A stretch of 33,000 bases of DNA from Dicyema japonicum. Its lineage: Eukaryota; Animalia; Dicyemida. The position numbers and the translations under genes are program-made. The notes beneath the pieces are model-generated. The model was not told where the DNA came from. It saw nothing but the letters and a program-made list of their open reading frames with translations, and searched no databases. Of the stretch, positions 12,698 to 24,675 are shown piece after piece (within the stretch, counting starts at the first letter, position 1; each line of letters opens with the position of its first letter). The DNA lies in the NCBI GenBank assembly GCA_011109175.1, contig RDEW01000004.1:675030-708029 (forward strand). Reading direction: 5' to 3'.

Positions 12698-13741
12698 CGT
12701 GTCCATTCAAAATGGCCTCCAATTAATTTTTTTTTCAATAAACATCACGAGATTTTAGCGAAACGACATCTTTAGGTAAAAAAGTCATCTTTTTTAAATC
12801 TTATAAAAATTGATTTTGCCAAGGTCCTCGACATCTTTAGGTAAAAAAGTCATCTTTTTAAATCTTATAAAAATTGATTTTGCCAAGGTCCTCGACATCT
12901 TTAGGTAAAAAAGTCATCTTTTTTAAATCTTATAAAAATTGATTTTGCCAAGGTCCTCGACATCTTTAGGTAAAAAAGTCATCTTTTTTAAATCTTATAA
13001 AAATTGATTTTGCCAAGGTCCTCGACATCTTTAGGTAAAAAGTCATCTTTTTTAAATCTAATAAAAAATTGATTTTGCCAAGGTCCTCGACATCTTTAGG
13101 TAAAAAAGTCATCTTTTTTAAATCTTATAAAAATTGATTTTAACGGGTCCTATGGGTAAGTGGAACATTTTACCAATGTCCATATCTCAATTGGAGGCTG
13201 GCACAACGTTTTTAGAAGTACATTTGGACACTAAACTAGATTCCAAGAAATTTTGTGAAGAAATTGATAAAGAAGAAAGCATAATGATAAAATTCTTAAG
13301 ATTACGAAATGGAGAAAAATTCTTAGAAGAACTAAATATATCGCTTTATCTGAGAATACATTAAGATTTGTTTAAGAACAAATGTTACTTAACTTGGATC
13401 CGATAGAATATATATTCAATTTAGTTGAATATACATTCTATTACATTTATACTTATTTTCTATTTTGCCTTTTGAAAATAAATCTTTCATTTTAAATTTA
13501 AATATAAATATTAAAAAAATAAATGTTTACCTAAAGATGTCGAGGACCATTGTAAATTGTTCCACTTACCCATAGGACCTGTTAAAATCAATTTTTATAA
13601 GATTTAAAAAAGATGACTCTTTTACCTAAAGATGTCGAGGACCTTGGTAAAATATCTCGTGATGTCTATTGATGAACTTATCCAAAACCTGAGAAATTTA
13701 ATTGGAGCCCATTTTGAAGGAGGCCATTTTGAATGGGAACC
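12698..13741. mobile_element. Non-autonomous foldback Mutator-like (MULE) element
   Basis: Perfect 9-bp TSD ATTAAACTA (12689-12697 and 13742-13750). Long inverted arms (~12698-13180 vs ~13525-13741) begin CCATTCAAAATGGCCTCC and contain tandem repeats. Confidence 0.9.
12764..13141. repeat. ~65-bp tandem repeat, ~6 copies, inside the left arm of the foldback element
   Basis: Unit CGACATCTTTAGGTAAAAAAGTCATCTTTTTTAAATCTTATAAAAATTGATTTTGCCAAGGTCCT starts at about 12764, 12829, 12893, 12958, 13023 and 13088. Confidence 0.95.
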
Positions 13742-13839
13742 ATTAAACTATTGTCACCAAAATGAAAACCTCACAATGTGAACAAGCATGAGAGATGTGA
13801 ATACACAACCATATATTACGGGATGTCCTCAGTCTGTCT

Positions 13840-13925
13840 ATTCACTTTGATTACAGTTGTAACTTTCAACGTCAGAGGACTAGCTTCGAACACTAAACGA
13901 GTGATCTTATGCATGGATTCCTCGT
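13840..13925 (+). mobile_element. N-terminus of a LINE APE endonuclease (fragment)
   Basis: ITVVTFNVRGLASNTKR is the canonical APE start motif. Confidence 0.6.
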
Positions 13926-14159
13926 GAACTACGGAGGCGTGCGATGAGGGAAGTTACATAGAGAAAACTGGTATAGCGGATAATGAAGAACCATAATATT
14001 CATTACTCGGGTAACGCGGAAGTGCATTTAACTATCTAATTGATAATGTAGATCCCGATTATTCGGCTTGACAAATGTTTAAAGTTTCGTATACATTTTT
14101 TTCACAACTGCTGTCTAAAAATAATGAGACTATTATATTAATATCATATTTAAAAAATA

Positions 14160-15340
14160 GCGTCCGCATCTAGCATAGGATATTATTCTTTTTTGATTTA
14201 CTATCACCCAATTCGCTAGTTCCTTTGGGCTCCCCGTCCGAGATAACTGATCGATTATGGCTCTGTGGTTAACACTGTCAAATGCTTTTGATTTGTCGAG
14301 ACATATGACATTCAGGAGACATTTGGATTCTCTGACTTTGCATAACTCGAAGTTAAGATGAAATAAGCAATCACCGCATGACCGTCCTGGGCTAAAACCA
14401 AATTGATCATTTCTGAAGTAATCTTCTTTTTCCAGCTGATTCGTAATCCTCCAGAAGACAATTTTTCCATGAATTTTGAGATCGACCGAATCAGGCTGAT
14501 CGGACGGTAGCTATCAGGATTATTCTTCGGTCTTCCTGTCTTCGCTGGTCTCCTTGTATTCCTGTGGAACATGGCCAATTTTTATGCATGCGTTTAAACA
14601 TATCTTTTAGGACTTCGAATAAAATTTCCAGGCCTTCTTTGAACATCCTAGCTTTGATGAAATCACTGCCCGGAGCATTATTCCTGACAGCTCTTATTGC
14701 TATCTTCAGCTCTTCTAGAGAGATTTCTATAAATGCTGTTTTCTCTGAAATGGTTCGTAACAAGTCTTCTATGCGATGACATCATCGTCTACATCAAATA
14801 TCTTTTTAAGCTGTGTCTCAAAAACTAGAGGTATTTCTTCTTCTGCATGGTAGGTGCATCCGGTTCTTGAGCACAATCTTGTTTTTGATTGACTCTGGGT
14901 TCCTCACTCTTCGGTATACCTTCTAGAAAAAGAGGATTGAGTTTGTTTAGCTTCCGTAGTTGAGAGTTCCACTTATTCTCATTCCAACTTTTGAATTTTT
15001 CCGACAACTGCTTTTGTAGTTCGCCACTTTTGTGAGACAAGGCTAAGCGGTCCTGTGGGTCTACGCATTTCCTCAGTTTAGTTATTAGATTATTTCTTTT
15101 CAACACAATCTTCTTGATGTGCGATGGAATAGGGACAACATCATCGTTTCGTGAGTATATTTTCTAGCAAAGTTATCCAGATAGTATACTATCAGATCCG
15201 TTACTCGTTTACTTGTTTTATCAATTTCCAGACGAGTCTCGGACTCGGTATACCCTAACATCAATTCCTTTGCAATATTGATTTTTTCGTAAGGGCTAAA
15301 AGCTACCTGTACCAAAAATAAGTTAAGAGAAAATTTCATT
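14160..15340 (-). mobile_element. Non-LTR retrotransposon RT N-terminal fragment (Jockey/I-like), frameshifted
   Basis: ISLEELKIAIRAVRNNAPGSDFI, DSYRPISLIRSISKFMEK, FGFSPG and CLDKSKAFDSVNH. Confidence 0.9.
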
Positions 15341-15439
15341 TAAATTAAATATACGGGAGGTGTTGACGTTGGTTAAGGGTTATGGTCGATGTCACCATAC
15401 CTGATTTAAGAAATCAGAAATCGAAAACCTTTGAATAAT

Positions 15440-17990
15440 CGATATTTAAGTTATTTGTAATTTTTATCACAGTTTTTTTTTACAAAAAATTTTTTTTAAC
15501 AATTAAACAAATGTCAGTTAAGGAAGCCTGCTGCGTGGATTGCGAACGAGTTCCCTCGGAGTATGGCTATTCCAATCTTTTTTCCGATTCCAATCCTCAA
15601 AGAATCGTCGTCCAAAAAGGTCCCGAGGTTTGGGCAAGGTATTGCACCAAGCCATGCTCCACTCCCTCTACTTGAAGCTGACACCAAACAAGCCAGACGA
15701 TGTTGATTTGCTTCTTTTTTAAGGTCTACCAAAATTTTGGAGCAGACAATGTTATCCCAATTACTTTGCTTTGATGTGTCTTCGGGGATTTTGAGTCCGG
15801 ACCCGTTCCATTTCCGACAAGCTTCGTCAAATGACTCATTCCAGCAAAGTCCAATTGTGTTATGAAGGAAATGCCGTGTCAAATGGCTGCAGCTTGAGAG
15901 ATACGATAGATATGCCGGGTACGCAACCTCCAGCGCCGATCTTATTCCGACACCCCAAATCCAGAGGGAAGCTTACATTGTTTCCAACCAAATTCGTCGA
16001 AGCGGACGTTAATTAGTGACTCGACTGTTTGCTTGAGAGACTTGTCTATTGAAAGTAGAATGTCATATTGTTCGTAGCAGGGTGAACATCGGAGTAGATA
16101 TAAAAGCTTGGGTAGTCCGATGTTGTTTCTCATCAGAAAAATGTGTGAGAGTCGAGACATTACAATCTTTTCGCAAGGCGTGTTAATTCTTCATTTTTGG
16201 AAAGTAGATGGTTCTTGAGTTCTTCTTCGCTGAGTGGGCATCCGAGGAAATATAATTTATCAACTGGCACAGTCGGGATCCCAGGAAGCAGTTCGTCAAA
16301 AGACTCCTTGATAGAGAGGAAGTCGGTGTATGGATATGAGACATTTATTAGCTCTGATTTGTTAACATTGATGTCCAAGCCCAAATGTTTTAAAGCGGGT
16401 AACGCTTTACGTAATGAATTGTATGTTTCTTTGAACGATCCTCCAATTGTGGCATCATCGAGGTACCAGAGATTTAGCTGAGCATCAATTGAACTCACAA
16501 CCTCATCAATGGTCAAGGCAAATAATAGAGGTCCGAGCGGATCTCCTTGTTGTACACCCGTTTTTGATTTAATAATTTCATTTTCAAAAACCAAAGACGT
16601 ATCTTCCCCATAGGATAGATTGACAAGAGGGAAAAGCTTTGGAGCCCTCTTCCAACACGTTTTCATAATTTCGTCTCTTCTGAGAGAATTAAAGGCATTC
16701 GTTATGTCCAACTTGATTCCAATGCATTCATTTGAAATATTTTTCTGTGTGAAGAAACGCCTTGCTGCATGAACCGCAACCTCACATCCGTTCTGGATAC
16801 TAACACCCATTTGTTTAGGAAAGAACTCCTCTCCGAGTTGTCGGCTCACCATGGTCGATGCTACTTTTGCTGCAAGTCTTCTAAAATAGTTCCCGACCGC
16901 AATGGGCGGATTACTCCATTGTGTTTTTTGAAAGAAAGTAACATTGCAGAGAAGAGCAATTCTCTTGCATATTTTGGGATGTCGCCGTTAACCATTTTTC
17001 TGATTAGGTCCGTAATTGATTTGACAAGACAGCGTCCAGCTTCCGAGGTGTAAGTGGACGTAAGGTCCTTAATATGGCCAGGACGTAACCCTTCCAAGCC
17101 TCCACCGCTGCTAGCGCGAAGGAAGTTATTCCGTGGCGCACTTCGGATTCAGTAATGATTATCTCCTGGGTTCCTTCAGGATTCAAAAACTTTTCATAGT
17201 CAGTCGGTGCATCTGGATGCTTTAGTATTAAGGTATTTAGGACCTCGGGGTACAAGACAATACTGTGTCATCGGATGTGATAACTCGTAAGGCTGCCCGC
17301 AAGTCGTCTTCCAGAAGTTTCCGGTTTACTCTCTCCTTTAGTTAGTTGGGGGCATCTTTGATGAATGCTCCTCTGGTTTCGACCTCATTAACATTAAGTG
17401 GATGTTCAAGTATTGCGTGTATGTTGTGACAGCTAAAATTCATTATGTTTCGTTTCAGTTTCCCGGATAAGTTGAGTCGGGAGTTTGTTTCTTTATTATT
17501 GTCCTCAGATTCCTTTGTAGGTATTCCAAGTGCGACAGGTGCAAAGCATATAAGTTTTAGCCAGGATTCCCATCTGTCAGAAGATAGTGAGTGCGTGATC
17601 AATGGCATCTGAAAGACACGTTGCTGCGGCAATTCGGACTCCTTTAGGGATTTTTACTGGGATCTTCATGGCTTTCCTGAGGTTCGAGATCTTCAAAAGA
17701 GTATGGTCTGTATGTGGCAGTGTAAAGTTTGGCTGAGCTATTTTTTCCCGTCTGGGGGCTCCCATTCCAATACAAGAAAGGCACAGCCAACTCGACAGCG
17801 TCTCGGCTGAAGCTTTACTCATTTTTATGCAGCCCAAATGGGAGAATGATTCACATTGTGTGCAGTTAATCCCATATTTCCTGATGTTCAATTGTACACA
17901 TAAAAAACATACCTGATTTGTCCGTACTGGATTTGTTCCTCGTACTTTGTCTTCACATAGTTTAATACATTTTTTTATATTTTAAATTTT
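15440..17990 (-). mobile_element. CRE-clade-like non-LTR retrotransposon with N-terminal PHD finger, frameshifted, endonuclease region deleted
   Basis: PHD C4HC3 motif CFLC...CTQC....H..C...WLCLSC. RT motifs QMGVSIQNGCEVAVH, KLDITNAFNSLRR, GVQQGDPLGPLLF and WYLDD. SGAWLGAIP...LRIGIG is joined directly to the terminal IAILRGNS. Confidence 0.9.
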
Positions 17991-18107
17991 ATTATTAATT
18001 TGAATTACTTAATTCAACCTTATCAGTTTAATGTTATAAGATATAAATATCTCAATAATATGGCAGTACCTAAATATTTTCCGACTACACTTTTACTAAA
18101 ATATTAA

Positions 18108-19305
18108 ATGGTTGTTAGAGGAAAAATATCAAATTCGAAAGCCCCAAAGATGAGAACCAACAGCTCTTCTCGTCCCCCAGGATGTGCTACGGCTGGGTCG
18201 TTCACTTTGGAGCCCTCTAAACTTGAGAACAACCCTACGACACACAACCAAACTGTAAAGTCCAAACCTATAAAAGAACTAAAAATAGAAAATTCTAAAG
18301 ATAACAAGACACTATTGATCACAGTTCACTGTACTATGAGTCCGATAAAAATTGCGAATATTTTACATTTTTACGATCAATATGGATCTTTGAGGATGAG
18401 CCACAAAGGACCGGGCTCCTTCCGATTAGATTTCCGCGACAATAACCACATGGTCGAATATATGAAGGCCATTAATGAGACCTGTCCCTTTGGATCTGAC
18501 AACCACCACTTCAGAACGCTCATATCAAAACCTTGTGAGATTGTTCTCAGGAACCTTCCTTTCTGGGTGAGTAAAACGACCTCCCTGCCTACCTTCAGGA
18601 GATGGCACCCTCAACTTCGATGGTAACCCGAATGTCAAGAGGATCACAGCCTATGCCTATAGCAAAGGCCTCAGTTAGTAGTAATGTGGAGGCCACGTCG
18701 TTGATACGTTGTGGATTTTACATTGGATCAGACAAGATCTAGTGTGAGTGGATGAAGAGGCCCCCTCCCATCTGCTACAACTGTGAAAGCATCGACCACA
18801 TCGCGGCACAGTGTAAGGAAAAGAAGAGATGCATCAAGTGTGGAGGGGAGCACGATCTTCTTATGTGTGAATATCCATCGATCGTAGAGACCAAGTGTAT
18901 CAATTGTGGAGGAGCAGGACATAATGCCCGCTATAGCGGATGTCCGGCAATTTGAGAAGCATCGAAGAAAATAATCTCCAGACAAACAGTGTCTAGAAAA
19001 GAAGGAATCAAGCCAATTCAAGAAATGAAGTGGACCAATACTTCACATACTCCTGATTGGCCGGTGGAGAGGAGCGCTAAAAGGAAAAATTTGCAGAGAA
19101 AGTCAGAAGTCTCGTTTCTTTTCCTTGGGGGTTTAACATCTCTACTTTACTCCGGGATTTTGCTTTTCTATTTTTCTTGGGGATTTAACTTCTTTCCATT
19201 TTGTTTCTCTTGACACAAAACTGTTTTCAAATGATAAATTTGTCCTTTTAACCCGGACAGTATCAACGCCCCGGGTTCTTATGACATACGACAATTATTA
19301 TTAAA
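18108..19305 (+). mobile_element. Non-LTR ORF1 (gag-like, three CCHC knuckles) followed by a 3' tail, no ORF2 seen
   Basis: EIVLRNLP, then CYNCESIDHIAAQC, CIKCGGEHDLLMC and CINCGGAGHNARYSGC. The tail CCCGGGTTCTTATGACATACGACAATTATTATTA lies at ~19269-19303. Confidence 0.8.
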
Positions 19306-19329
19306 AAACCAAAAATCACTCACAAATTA

Positions 19330-19830
19330 AATAACATAGCCGTCAGGTGATTCCGGCCGCCTCTAATAGCCATCTAATTCTTGCTCGGTGTTCCTCCTGG
19401 GTTCCAACGCATTTCCGGATTGGGCGTGGGTTTCTGACTTTTTTGAGTGGTAGTAAGGCTCGGTTTTCTTCACTAATTCCTCAAATGGTGTAGGGTTTAG
19501 TGGTGTCTGAGAAAACCTTTGCAGAGCCTTACAGGCCATTTTTGGAATGTATTAATTTTTTCCATATTCGCGTTTGATATTTTGGTTCCCCATGCAGCAT
19601 ACCCGTAAGTTAGAAAACTGTGCCAAGGAAATGGCGTTGTCGATGTGTTTGCTGAAGGTCAAGAGTGGGTCATATGTTACGCCCAGTATCTTGACCGATT
19701 TGGTCGTGGGAATTGAGTTTCCATTTATGGTCACACATGGAGCGGAGTTTGTCAATCTTCTGTTTGTTATGAAATTTGTTGTATGACAATCCCACGTTAT
19801 TACAAATAATGGTAAAGACATGGTACCTAT
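19330..19830 (-). mobile_element. LINE RT 3' fragment (Jockey/I-like)
   Basis: TINGNSIPTTKSVKILGVTYDPLLTFSKHID, and terminal KCVGTQEEHRARIRWLLEAAGIT*. Confidence 0.85.
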
Positions 19831-20509
19831 GAATTATCCTTAATACGTTTGTCAGAAGCTCTTACTTATGGTTCTTATTGACCTCTTCCGGTTTTTTAAT
19901 TTTTGAAAAAAATCAGAGGAATCGGGAAACATTATTGTGCTTATTTACTCCCGGTCTTTTAGAGTGAAAAATACTGGTGGCTAACAGGAAGGTTACAGAC
20001 AAAAGCGGCCGATCCCCTAGATCCGACAGGTATAATTGGTTCTGTGCTAAACTCGTAGGTGGAACCGGACAAAGAAGAGGTGACTCGTCTCCTGATGGTC
20101 GAGAAAGCATGATGGGCATAATGGAAAGGATGATTGTCCATGTCACAGTCTCATACACATAAGCATATTAACTAGCAGTTCCTTTCAGATGATCCTGGAG
20201 TTATTTCAGTTTGGCCTGAATGAGTTCCTGACCAAGATCTTACATTACATGCTCCCTTTGATAAGAACTTTGAGTTTCGAAGTCCGCTGTATCCGTCTCT
20301 ATTCTATGCTTACGAGAACAAAGACAAGGGATTAATCCATGTGAACTCAAATAGAGATTATGTACAATATAAGATAAGTGGTAAAGGGTTGAGGTCGTGA
20401 CATTTTTGGATTTACATGCAAAGATAATAAAAATATCCAAAGTCTAACACCTTGAAGTAGGTTCGTATAATTCTGGAGTGAGTGCTTAAAAATTGTTACC
20501 ACGGACTGA

Positions 20510-20725
20510 GTCTTATTATTATTAGCACTTTCACGAGAGCCATAATATTTATAGCTCTGCATGTGCAGCAAAAAGACAAGAGAAAGAGTTAGCTTGTTCC
20601 AGGTTTTTCTATTCTTAGCCAGATCCCTCAGTGGGTCCAGGTCGTCAGTAGATGCCAATGTTTTTTTTGTGTCTTTAGCAGAGTGATCCTCTGGCATCGT
20701 TGAGTTTGGCTTCCTTTTCTTTTAA
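20510..20725 (-). mobile_element. RTE-like retrotransposon 3' end
   Basis: LRDLAKNRKTWNKL matches the RTE C-terminal LAxDRxxW pattern. It is followed by GGCTCTCGTGAAAGTGC(TAA)n, and a similar tail occurs at ~6029-6062 (+). Confidence 0.6.
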
Positions 20726-20949
20726 AAAGTGTTAATTCAAAGGAATAAAAGACAGACAAAGATTTATGACTTTATTAAATAAAACAATTTTTTGATTTCA
20801 AATATTTTAGTACATTTTTAATTTTATTCTTTTAGCTAAAAGGCCAGGATTGTGTACGTGTTCCCACTGATCACCTCCATGTCGAGCCTCTGCCTTAACA
20901 AAAGTCCTTTGTGATGTTCGAATATCTTCGAAGTAAGCCTTCGTCCAAT

Positions 20950-21090
20950 ATAGTCGAAACCTTTTTGCCACATGTAAAATATAAAATGAAAACAAATCCG
21001 TCATCAATAGCAGTTGCGACCTCTAATGTTCTGGTAATTGCCTGTTGTCTAAAATTGTTTCAAATAGATTACCGACGAAATCATAAATAA
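20950..21090 (-). pseudogene. Truncated, frameshifted paralog of the 5' part of the reprolysin gene
   Basis: Aligns to ~25310-25440 including both intron-like segments. It reads LEVATAIDDGF|QKGFDY vs LEVATVIDDGF|QKGFDY, with several synonymous changes and a 1-nt indel. Confidence 0.85.
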
Positions 21091-21142
21091 TTTGTAACTA
21101 AAGTTCAAGAAATACGCATGTTTTGAAGAATAGTTCATTTTT

Positions 21143-21842
21143 GTAAAATCATAAAAAACAAGTCACCGGTCCTGCTAAACAGAATCAGATCGCTCATTCT
21201 GAGGAAATGTAAAAAATCATAGGAAACAAGTCACCGGTCCTGCTAAGCAGAATCGGATCGCTCATTGTAACGTAAAAAATCATAGGAAACAAGTCACCGG
21301 TCCTGCTAAACAGAATCGGATCGCTCATTGTAACGTAAAAAATCATAGAAACAAGTCACCGGTCCTGCTAAACAGAATCGGATCGCTCATTGTAACGTAA
21401 AAAATCATAGGAAACAAATCACCGGTCCTGCTAAACAGAATCGGATCGCTCATTGTAACGTAAAAAATCATAGGAAACAAGTCACCGGTCCTGCTAAACA
21501 GAATCGGATCGCTCATTGTAACGTAAAAAATCATAGGAAACAAGTCACCGGTCCTGCTAAACAGAATCGGATCGCTCATTGTAACGTAAAAAATCATAGG
21601 AAACAAGTCACCGGTCCTGCTAAACAGAATCGGATCGCTCATTGTAACGTAAAAAATCATAGGAAACAAGTCACCGGTCCTGCTAAACAGAATCGGATCG
21701 CTCATTGTAACGTAAAAAATCATAGGAAACAAGTCACCGGTCCAGCTAAACAGAATCGGATCGCTCATTGTAACGTAAAAAATCATAGGAAACATGTCAC
21801 CGGTCCTGCTAAACAGAATCGGATCGCTCATTGTGAGGAAAC
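21143..21842. repeat. 63-bp minisatellite, 11 copies
   Basis: Unit AAAAAATCATAGGAAACAAGTCACCGGTCCTGCTAAACAGAATCGGATCGCTCATTGTAACGT. Copies are nearly identical and have no spacers. Confidence 0.97.
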
Positions 21843-23848
21843 AAAATGATGAAAAGATATCCTGCACAAGAGGATTCGTACGAGGTTCGTCAATAGATAT
21901 GTCTTAGGTGTTCACTAAAACACAGTTGTTCAGATATATGCTTGAATTTTTCTATCCACGTCCAAGTGCCTCAAATGCTTTTTGTGTAATTTTGTAAAGA
22001 TACAATTTATAGTCAGCACGTAAAGAATAATATGGACTTTGCATCGATGCAATATCTCATACATCCATGGGTTGTAGCTTCCGTATATAAGGAATCAATT
22101 AATGGTGCAGTTTGAGGGTTCAGTATGCGAATAGTTGTTCAGTAAAAGAATCTGCGGAACTTAGTCTATAATGGATTTTATTTTTAACAATAAAGTTAAT
22201 TACTCAAAAAATTAATTTGAAAAATCATTTAATGATTATTAATCATCCGTATTTAATGGTGTTCCTTAAAAATCATTTTTAGGATTCGGGTGGCTTGCAG
22301 GACTGCGGATTGGAAAGTCTAGAATGACACGATGGCTCTTTCAGAACATAAGGCTAAGGAATGATGGATGGTAAAAAATGTTCCCTTGGACCACTGAGCA
22401 TCTGATCACAAAGACGGGCTGAAACTGTTTGATCACATTCTAAGATAGAAGCTAGAATACCAGCAAACATTATCATGAAATAATTCTCCGAAACATCTGG
22501 GGAAAAGATTCTATCCACGTTCCCTCCCCAAAGTCCTTAATGGTGATTTGAGATCAGTGAACAGGTCTCTATGAAAAGACTTCAGCAGTCTGCAGAGTTT
22601 AGCATCGAACAGGAAAGGGTGGAGAGACTAATATCGAGGACGCGGAATAAATAGAATTATAGCTTATATCAGTGATTCTCAGCCCTTTTTCGTATCGCCC
22701 ACTGATGCTTCCTGATTCCACATAAATCTTCCCCGAAATGCAATTTCTGAATGTGTTTAACAGCGTCTTCACGATCTATCGCAAAATTCATAGAACATCT
22801 TCAAGTATCTGGCAAATAATCGAAGAGTTCGCCACAGATGACAATGACGACAAAATATTAAAAATATTTTTTGGGATCAAAATTTTTTCCAATAAGTGTA
22901 TTTACATATTTCTGTCCTCTGTTATCAGTTTCGTCAATCAAAACAAAAATTTCTATAATCAATAAAAATAAAACTTCAGAAATAACTTAATTCAGTCAAA
23001 CTGCTTCTGGCATAATTTTTTCACTTTTTTCAGCAAGCGTAAGTAGAAGGAAGATTATGTCAAATACTCTCAAACATCCCGTAAGCTTTTACTGTCAAGT
23101 AAATATCGGACTTGACAAAAGCCTTAGTGACTTTATCGACCCATGTGTCGGCAGGTGGGACGTAAAAATCAATGTGTTTTATAGTATTGACGCCTGTAAA
23201 ACAATAATAAAAATACTAACCCTGCTTATTATGCTTCTTAGACAATCTATGTGATTCAATAAAAAATGCTTTTTGCAGATACAAATGTTCCACATAAATT
23301 CCAAAAAAGATTTCCTTGTGAGGCTTGAAAATTCTTTTGAGGATAGAAAATTTTCTAACAACAGACAAAATCTTTTTAATGTCATTCTTGATTCAACGCG
23401 GCATCACAGTGAATGATGATAATTGATCCCACGCTAGTATTTTTATTTAAAAACTCAAAAAATTAAAAACTAAAAATCAATAAATATTCTATTTCTAGTA
23501 ATTCGGAAGACTGGCTGTCTGCAATCTTATATAAATACATACGCTCTGAATAGTTTGAGGTCTTGTAAGTATTTATTAATGAAGTTAGCTTCATCCTTTT
23601 GTTATAGCATTGCTTTCTAAAAAAAGTCAATGTCTTATCCTAGTGATTGAGGATGCTTGCGTTTCGAGTGTTCTAATAAGGGAGATGGGTTCATCGATTC
23701 GATAGTAAAATCCGCACCACGTGGTAAACACAAGGGTTAAGTGGATCCTTTGGTTAAAAGTTCTTTATATATTCTCCTATTTTTAACAGCTTCCACCAAA
23801 CAGTTGCACGCTTTGTTATTTAAATTATTTAAAATAAATTTGTGTAAA

Positions 23849-23915
23849 TACAGTAAAGTCCCTTAATTTGGCCCAAAAATGTTCCTGAATTATTTTTGGC
23901 CAATTTGGGAATTTT
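23849..23915 (+). mobile_element. Possible Tc1/pogo-type terminus
   Basis: TA followed by CAGTAAAGTCCCTTAATTTGGCC resembles pogo/Tigger-type ends. No partner end was found. Confidence 0.25.
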
Positions 23916-24038
23916 TTTTATAAAGAATAATCAGTTTATAATTAAGCCCTGTCTCGTCCATGTTGTAAATTTCGTCTTCTTTATAATGTTTGGAAATTTC
24001 TTAAAAGTGATCTCAAATTCTTCTAGGTCAGGTTATTT

Positions 24039-24586
24039 TGTCACATGGGCCAAGCGATACCTATGGGCTGCCTGTTACATTAACCTTGAACCAAGATTAA
24101 CTTCAATTAATTTTATGAATGATTTATTAACCACAAAAAATTAAATATAAGTAACTTTTTTTTCTAATTTATTAAGCCACTTTTTTTTACTTTATCCAGC
24201 ATTTTTTACAACTTCCTCGTGATCGTCTGATTAATTCTTTCGACAATTCTTTATGCTCGTGGATTGTTAGGCCTTCCGTGAATTTGCTTAATGTTAAAAT
24301 TTTCGCAAAGTTTTGTTATTTCTTGATTTTTAAATTCAGAACCATTGTCCGACTGAGGAAATTTACATGGCCCATTCAGGCGGAACAAAGATCTTGAGTT
24401 TTCACATACTTCTCTACCAGACTTATTATAGAGTGGTCGTACGAAGTGGTCGTACGTTCGACTTTCCTATAGTCACGTGGGATATTAAAAACACATAAAG
24501 TAAATAAAGATCTTGGCGAATTTTAAAAATTTAAAAAAAGTCGATCGAGGATCATCATGGCATAGGTACACCATTGGACCGTGACA
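24039..24586 (-). mobile_element. Ginger-like DNA transposon deletion derivative with integrase core
   Basis: Ends TGTCACATGGGCCAAGCGATACCTATG and an imperfect inverted CATAGGTACACCATTGGACCGTGACA. The minus strand reads QSDNGSEFKNQEITKLCENFNIKQIHGRPNNPRA*RIVERINQTI (rve D..E core). No TSD was found. Confidence 0.85.
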
Positions 24587-24675
24587 TAAAATTATGTGAA
24601 ATTAACCAAAAATTATTATTAGATGATTAGTAATTTTGATTAGTAATCGTTACAGAGGTAGTCTAACCAAGACCC

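Noticed and set aside
15396-17919. CATACCTGATTT 12-mer on both sides of the CRE element as a TSD
   Set aside because: The right-hand copy lies inside the element's reading frame, at the start of the PHD finger, so it is not a flank.
21143-21842. CRISPR array or a real 174-aa repeat protein (also considered for 12764-13141)
   Set aside because: Units are contiguous with no unique spacers, there are no cas genes, and the context is eukaryotic. The ORF follows simply from a stop-free 3n unit.
21850-23820. Possible CACTA or other transposase remnants
   Set aside because: No TIRs, TSD or recognisable catalytic motifs were found by eye.
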